From: a virus
UHGV virus genome: UHGV-0073881
Strand: one strand, 5' to 3'
Length of the DNA stretch: 64,000 nucleotides
Positions 59,202 through 64,000 of the stretch are shown here, in pieces. The translations under genes were made by a program, and so were the position numbers. How positions within the stretch are numbered: the stretch's first letter is position 1; each line of letters begins with the position of its first letter. The notes under the pieces are model-generated. The model worked only from the letters and a program-made list of their open reading frames with translations, was not told where the DNA came from and searched no databases.

Positions 59202-61179
59202 AGGTCGTAAATTGAAAGAGGCTGGTCAGTTTGTTGGTCACTGTGCATGTCCTAAGTGTGGTTCATCAGATGCAGGGTCTATCTATCATCATGACGATGA
59301 TTCTTATTCGATGACTTGCTTTAGCTGTAACAAAGGGTTTCCAGAGTGGGATTTTGATAAGGGTCAGATTGTGAGCACATATTCTACAGGTTCTGATAAT
59401 AATAGCCGTACTTTCCGTGGTATGGATTTAGATGAAGTAAAAGAGAACCTTGAAGCAATGGATTTAAAAGACAGGAAGATTCCTGCAAAGGTTCTTGAAC
59501 GTCTTGGTATTAAGGTTGACATTGATGAAAACGGTGATATTGACGCTCACTTTTACCCAACTTATAAGAAAGATGAAAATGGGAAGCTGAAGCATGTTGG
59601 TTATCGTGTTCGCCACAAATACCCTGAAGACCATCCTAAAGAGCATCTTCGTGGCAAGTTAAAAGACTTCTCAGGTGGTGTAGGAGATATTAAAGGTGAA
59701 CTGGCTATGTTCGGTTCATGGATTGCTCCAGAAGGTGGTAACCGTCTTTTCATTTGGGAAGGAGAGATGGAATGTGCTACAGCAATCTATATGACTTCTT
59801 TGGCAATCAAAGATAAGTCACGTAGAAAGAATTACTGTCACGTTTCTGTACCATCTGGTGCAAACATTAAGTCTATCAAAGAAAACTATCAGTACATTAC
59901 ATCGTTTGATGAGATTTACCTGTGCTTTGATAATGACGAAGCTGGAGCCAAAGTAACTAAAGAAGCTGCTGGTATTCTGCCTATTGAGAAGGTTCGTTTA
60001 TTCCAGTACCCAGAAGGTGTTAAAGACCTTAGCGAGTGGTGGACTAAATTCTTCAAAGACAAAGATACAGTCCTTGAAGGGTTTAAGCAGAGAATTTACA
60101 ATGCACCTCGTTACTGCCCTGCTGGTATCAAGAACTTCGCAGATGGTTTTGAGGCTATGAAGAATCGTGGTCAGATTCCACTGATTCCCTTCCCAGATTC
60201 CTTCGGAGACCTTAACAGGTTGACTTATGGAGGTTATGGCTTAGGGGAAATTACAACTCTGGCTGCACCATCTTCAGTTGGTAAATCTGCATACACTCGT
60301 GAAATGATTTACACAGCTTGGAAAGAAACTGACTACAATATCGGTGTAATTCCTGTGGAAGACACCTATGAAGAGTTAATGGAAATGCTCTGTGCAATTC
60401 ACCTGAGTAAGCAGATTTCAGAAATTAATTATGATGAACGGGATTGGGATGAAATCAAAGTTGCACATGCTGAGTTGTCTGCTGGTCGTCGTATCCATAT
60501 CGTTGACCACCAAGGGGCAATTGACCAAGACAACCTTCTAGAGTTTGTTGACTATCTGGTTAACAGTCTAGGTTGCAAGATTATTATTCTTGACCCTATT
60601 ACGTTGGCACTGTCACGTTCTGATACAGATGAAGAAGAAGTTCTGTCTGAGTTACTTCGTCGTTGTAAGCGTTATCAATACGCTCAAGTAAACGTCTGTC
60701 ACGTTCGTAAGAGTGCAGGTGGTCAGAAAGCTAACTCTGAAGGTGGAGATATCTCTGAAGAGGATATCAAGGGTTCTGGTGCATACTTCCAGATTTCTAT
60801 GAACAACATTCTGTTAATGCGTAACAAGGTTGACCCAGACCCTGTTAAGAAAAACTTGACTAAAATCAAGTTAACAAAATGTCGTCGTCATGGTAAGTCA
60901 ACTGGTATTGCTGGTCACACTTGGTATAACCCAGATACAGGTCGTCTTATCAAGGCTGCTGGTAGTGGTGTTGATATTGACGGTGCAGCAGAGAATATCC
61001 GTCAGCAATTTGGTATCGGTGAACCGGAAGACCACTATGATGATTCTATGCCACACTATGAAGATGGAGACTTTGACAAAGATACTGGTGAAATCTACAC
61101 TGAAGAACAACGTCAAAGTTCTACCATTCCACCTGTGATTAATGAGGATGATGATGACTGCCCGTTTGAAACTGAATGA
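59194..61179 (+). CDS. primase-helicase (zinc-finger primase fused to DnaB-like helicase, T7 gp4-type)
   Basis: N-terminal CACPKCGSS...CFSCNKGF zinc ribbon; Walker A LAAPSSVGKSAYT; 663 aa; start ATG 59194 with AGAGGTG RBS. Confidence 0.85.
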   Translation: MSKGRKLKEAGQFVGHCACPKCGSSDAGSIYHHDDDSYSMTCFSCNKGFPEWDFDKGQIVSTYSTGSDNNSRTFRGMDLDEVKENLEAMDLKDRKIPAKVLERLGIKVDIDENGDIDAHFYPTYKKDENGKLKHVGYRVRHKYPEDHPKEHLRGKLKDFSGGVGDIKGELAMFGSWIAPEGGNRLFIWEGEMECATAIYMTSLAIKDKSRRKNYCHVSVPSGANIKSIKENYQYITSFDEIYLCFDNDEAGAKVTKEAAGILPIEKVRLFQYPEGVKDLSEWWTKFFKDKDTVLEGFKQRIYNAPRYCPAGIKNFADGFEAMKNRGQIPLIPFPDSFGDLNRLTYGGYGLGEITTLAAPSSVGKSAYTREMIYTAWKETDYNIGVIPVEDTYEELMEMLCAIHLSKQISEINYDERDWDEIKVAHAELSAGRRIHIVDHQGAIDQDNLLEFVDYLVNSLGCKIIILDPITLALSRSDTDEEEVLSELLRRCKRYQYAQVNVCHVRKSAGGQKANSEGGDISEEDIKGSGAYFQISMNNILLMRNKVDPDPVKKNLTKIKLTKCRRHGKSTGIAGHTWYNPDTGRLIKAAGSGVDIDGAAENIRQQFGIGEPEDHYDDSMPHYEDGDFDKDTGEIYTEEQRQSSTIPPVINEDDDDCPFETE

Positions 61180-61432
61180 GTGTTATCTGAAGGAGGGTTT
61201 CACGCCCTTCTATTCAGAAGAGACTACTAAAAAATTCGCAAAAGAGTGCTTGACTAAGATTGAACAGTTCGCTAAAGTACTCATCAACAAGGGGCACGAT
61301 GTTACTTTTGAACATGAAAGCCGTAAAGATAAAGACTTGTTTGCACTGTCAATTGACAAAGCTGATACAATTTATCTTTTCACCTTGACTTTAAAAACAT
61401 TTGAATATGAAATATATCGGAGCACAAAATGA
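61142..61432 (+). CDS. hypothetical protein (96 aa)
   Basis: ORF track; overlaps primase-helicase 3-prime end. Confidence 0.4.
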   Translation: MRMMMTARLKLNECYLKEGFTPFYSEETTKKFAKECLTKIEQFAKVLINKGHDVTFEHESRKDKDLFALSIDKADTIYLFTLTLKTFEYEIYRSTK

Positions 61433-61653
61433 AACACTCTAAAGCATTTGAAGCAGTATTTGGCGATTCCATGAAAGCAACTGCTGGTAAGTCTGCTGCA
61501 CATTATGAAGCGAAGCGTGTACGTACTGGCAAGACTGCTCGCAAAGCTGCTAAGAAAGCTGCTTAAAAAGATTTGACAAAGGAGTATGAAGTCTGTAACA
61601 TTGTACTCCTTCGAGTTTGAGTTAAAAGTTTAATTGAGTAAAGAGGTATTAAA

Positions 61654-62496
61654 ATGTCTAAAGTTGTTAAAATGAAATCTCCGGTAGAAAAGTACAACGG
61701 TCAAGAGCGCGAGACAATGCGTTATCTGCTGAAAGATGTTTGGTTCTACTACCTGAACACTATTCCACGCCCGGGAAAAGGTAAGTCAGTAGATAAGAAA
61801 TTCCCAGGCAAAGATTGCAACTACAGCGTTTCAATTCTTGCAAAGGATGGTAACAAGCTGTTTAAAGAGTTTACCAAGACCAAGAAGAGTCCTGAAGGTT
61901 GGGATAAGGTCACCACTGAAGTTGTTGATGCAGATGACTTTGAAGAAAAATTTGGTTGTGAGCCTCCATTTGAAGCTGACACCTATCACATCTTGAAAGT
62001 TAGTCGTGCTGCTGCTTACAAAGATGGTGCTGTGTGGACAGCTAAACAGTCTTTCCCTGTAAGTCTGATTGAAGAAATTAACGGGAAGCGTGTTGCAGTT
62101 AAGCAGCCTATGAAGAAAATCAAAGCGCTTAAATCTGATAAGCACGAAGATGATAAGAACTATGACGTAGTTCACCCAGACATTGCAGTTGGTAACGGTT
62201 CTTTTGGTAGTGTTATCTTGGCAACTCACTTCTACACATTTGAAGGTGCTGTGTTGACGAAACCAATTCAAGAGCAGTTTATCATTGATACTCTGGTTCC
62301 GTACACTGGTGGTACAGGTAGCAACTCTGATACTGAACTGGATGAAGACGAACTGGCAATGCTTGGTCTGGATGGTGTTGAAGATAATGGTACTATCACT
62401 GAAGAAGAACCTACAGAAAATGATGGTGACGACGACGATGATGACCTTCCAACTCCAGACGACGATGACGACGATGACTTTGATACTGAAGAATAA
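61654..62496 (+). CDS. single-stranded DNA-binding protein-like with acidic C-terminal tail
   Basis: C-terminus DGDDDDDDLPTPDDDDDDDFDTEE resembles acidic tails of phage SSBs; sits between helicase and FEN genes. Confidence 0.55.
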   Translation: MSKVVKMKSPVEKYNGQERETMRYLLKDVWFYYLNTIPRPGKGKSVDKKFPGKDCNYSVSILAKDGNKLFKEFTKTKKSPEGWDKVTTEVVDADDFEEKFGCEPPFEADTYHILKVSRAAAYKDGAVWTAKQSFPVSLIEEINGKRVAVKQPMKKIKALKSDKHEDDKNYDVVHPDIAVGNGSFGSVILATHFYTFEGAVLTKPIQEQFIIDTLVPYTGGTGSNSDTELDEDELAMLGLDGVEDNGTITEEEPTENDGDDDDDDLPTPDDDDDDDFDTEE

Positions 62497-62511
62497 TCGT
62501 TAAAACTAATA

Positions 62512-62542
62512 CTAAGCCCTGTACTATGTATGGGGCTTTTTC
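62512..62542 (+). terminator. terminator-like hairpin
   Basis: stem AGCCC/GGGCT with 15-nt loop (CTGTACTATGTATGG), then TTTTT. Confidence 0.45.
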
Positions 62543-62556
62543 GTATGGAGATTAAA

Positions 62557-63603
62557 ATGGAAAAGTATACACTTACAAAACTCCCAGATACTGTGACACA
62601 CGTCTTTATTGACTCTGATAGCATTGCCTATAAAGGTGCTTGTGTAGTTGAGAAAGCAAAGTACAAGTATGTGAACAAAATCACTGCTGAAGAGTCTGAA
62701 GGGTTTGACAGTGCAAAGCTTGCTAATCAATGGTTGTCAGACCAGAGAACTTTGACAGAAGAACTTGGCCTCAGCTTTGATGAAGATGAATGGGAAAGAC
62801 AAACTTGGAAAGAAGCTAAGAGTGAAAAAGAAGCTATTATGGCAACTCAACAAGTTCTTCAAGAATGGTTGAAGGTTGTCGGAAAAGAAAGACATTGGGA
62901 AGGTTACCTCACAGAGAAAGGTGTTCACAAACACAAAGACATTAAAGGTCTTGAACATCAATACCAAGGTAACAGGAAAGATGCTGTAACACCAACGCAC
63001 CTAGTTGCTTGTCGTGAGTATCTTCTGTCACGACCAGAGTTTAAGCTTTTAAAGGGAGGCTTTGAAGCTGACTCTATTGTAATTGCCAAAGCTGAGAAGA
63101 TGGGTAAAAAAGCTGCATTGATGAGTATTGATAAAGACCTTCGTCAAGCTGAAGGCACATACTGCATCGATATGACTTATGAGAAAGCCCCATTAATCTT
63201 TATCGCTGATGGTAATGTGGGAGAGATTTGGGATTGTCCTATCAAATCTAAACCAAAAGCTAAGAAGACGGTTGGAGTAGGCTTCAAATTCCTCTGCTAT
63301 CAAGCTGTAGCAGGTGATAATGCCGATAACTACTTTGGCCTTAAGGGTGCTGGTAAAGTTGCTGTAATGAACGCTCTGGAAGGTAAAACAACCTATAAAG
63401 AGTGTCTTGATGCAATCTATGAACTGTATGCTAAGAAAGACTCTTACACATACGTATCGTGGGACGGTGAAACAATTACAAGAACACCTCTTGAGTTGAT
63501 GGAACAACATTTCTTCTTAGCATACCAAGAGCGAAACAAATCAGATGACTTCTCATTTGAAAAGTATGGTTGGACTCCAAATGTTGACTCAGCAGACACT
63601 TAA
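62557..63603 (+). CDS. 5-3 exonuclease / flap endonuclease (FEN family)
   Basis: VFIDSDSIAYKGA, MSIDKDLRQ and AGDNADNYFGLKGAGKVAV resemble FEN/Pol I 5-prime nuclease motifs; start taken at ATG 62557. Confidence 0.8.
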   Translation: MEKYTLTKLPDTVTHVFIDSDSIAYKGACVVEKAKYKYVNKITAEESEGFDSAKLANQWLSDQRTLTEELGLSFDEDEWERQTWKEAKSEKEAIMATQQVLQEWLKVVGKERHWEGYLTEKGVHKHKDIKGLEHQYQGNRKDAVTPTHLVACREYLLSRPEFKLLKGGFEADSIVIAKAEKMGKKAALMSIDKDLRQAEGTYCIDMTYEKAPLIFIADGNVGEIWDCPIKSKPKAKKTVGVGFKFLCYQAVAGDNADNYFGLKGAGKVAVMNALEGKTTYKECLDAIYELYAKKDSYTYVSWDGETITRTPLELMEQHFFLAYQERNKSDDFSFEKYGWTPNVDSADT

Positions 63604-64000
63604 AGAGTATCTTCATTATGACCCCGAAACAGGGGTCTTTACTTGGTTGAAGAAATCGGCTAATAGGACAGTCATTGGTTCAGTTGCTGGAACACCCCAT
63701 AAAAGGGGCTATATCAGGATTACCATAAAGAGAAAATCATACATGGCTCATGATTTAGCCATTCTTTACACAGAGGGATTCTTACCAGACCGTGTAGACC
63801 ATCGTAACGGAATTACTAATGACAACCGAAGAATGAACTTGAGAGTTTGCACTCAAGCTGAAAATTGTTGGAATAGAAAAATACACTCCAACAATACATC
63901 TGGCGTAAAAGGTGTATCATTCAACAAAGCTTCACAGAGGTGGAGAGCAAGGATTATGGTTCACGGTGTAACACATTTCCTTGGTCTGTTTGACAATGTT
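63581..64000 (+). CDS. HNH homing endonuclease (partial, runs off window end)
   Basis: frame 2 from ATG 63581: LHYDPETGVFTW, VDHRNGITNDNRRMNLRVCTQAEN, GVKGVSFNKASQRWRARIMVHGVTHFLGLF; paralog of 53491-54003. Confidence 0.75.
   Translation, partial: MLTQQTLKEYLHYDPETGVFTWLKKSANRTVIGSVAGTPHKRGYIRITIKRKSYMAHDLAILYTEGFLPDRVDHRNGITNDNRRMNLRVCTQAENCWNRKIHSNNTSGVKGVSFNKASQRWRARIMVHGVTHFLGLFDNV

Overview
This 64 kb window reads as a contiguous segment of a low-GC, tRNA-rich virulent phage genome with a contractile-tail (myovirus-type) structural module. All calls are from manual reading of the sequence and the supplied ORF track; no searches were run. Layout: (1) 1-5450, a rightward block of 13 small early ORFs, each preceded by a near-identical leader CCTAAACTGGAGAATCTAAAAATG and most by a conserved G4/C4 hairpin cassette; (2) 5540-7100, an ORF-free repeat-dense region; (3) 7400-13600, a leftward block of mostly unknown genes with a GH24 endolysin and two tandem paralogs; (4) 14000-21330, a vWA protein of Ro60/TROVE-like architecture followed by an array of about 27 tRNA genes with repeated spacer modules, tRNA-like fragments and an HNH endonuclease; (5) 21553-45319, the morphogenesis module (large terminase, portal, protease/scaffold, capsid, sheath, tube, tape measure, baseplate, two His-rich tail fibers); (6) 45356-56713, a leftward nucleotide-metabolism and replication block (thymidylate synthase, DHFR, ATP-dependent ligase, HNH, family A DNA polymerase); (7) 56970-64000, a rightward replication block (dNMP kinase, primase-helicase, SSB-like, FEN exonuclease, partial HNH). 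The most interesting candidate is the Ro60-like gene sitting directly upstream of a tRNA array that contains incomplete tRNA mimics, which suggests an RNA-centred module (Y-RNA-like); this is unproven. tRNA isotypes are hand-folded and several are tentative. Starts were moved to the first ATG with an RBS where the ORF track began at GTG/TTG or inside a tRNA.
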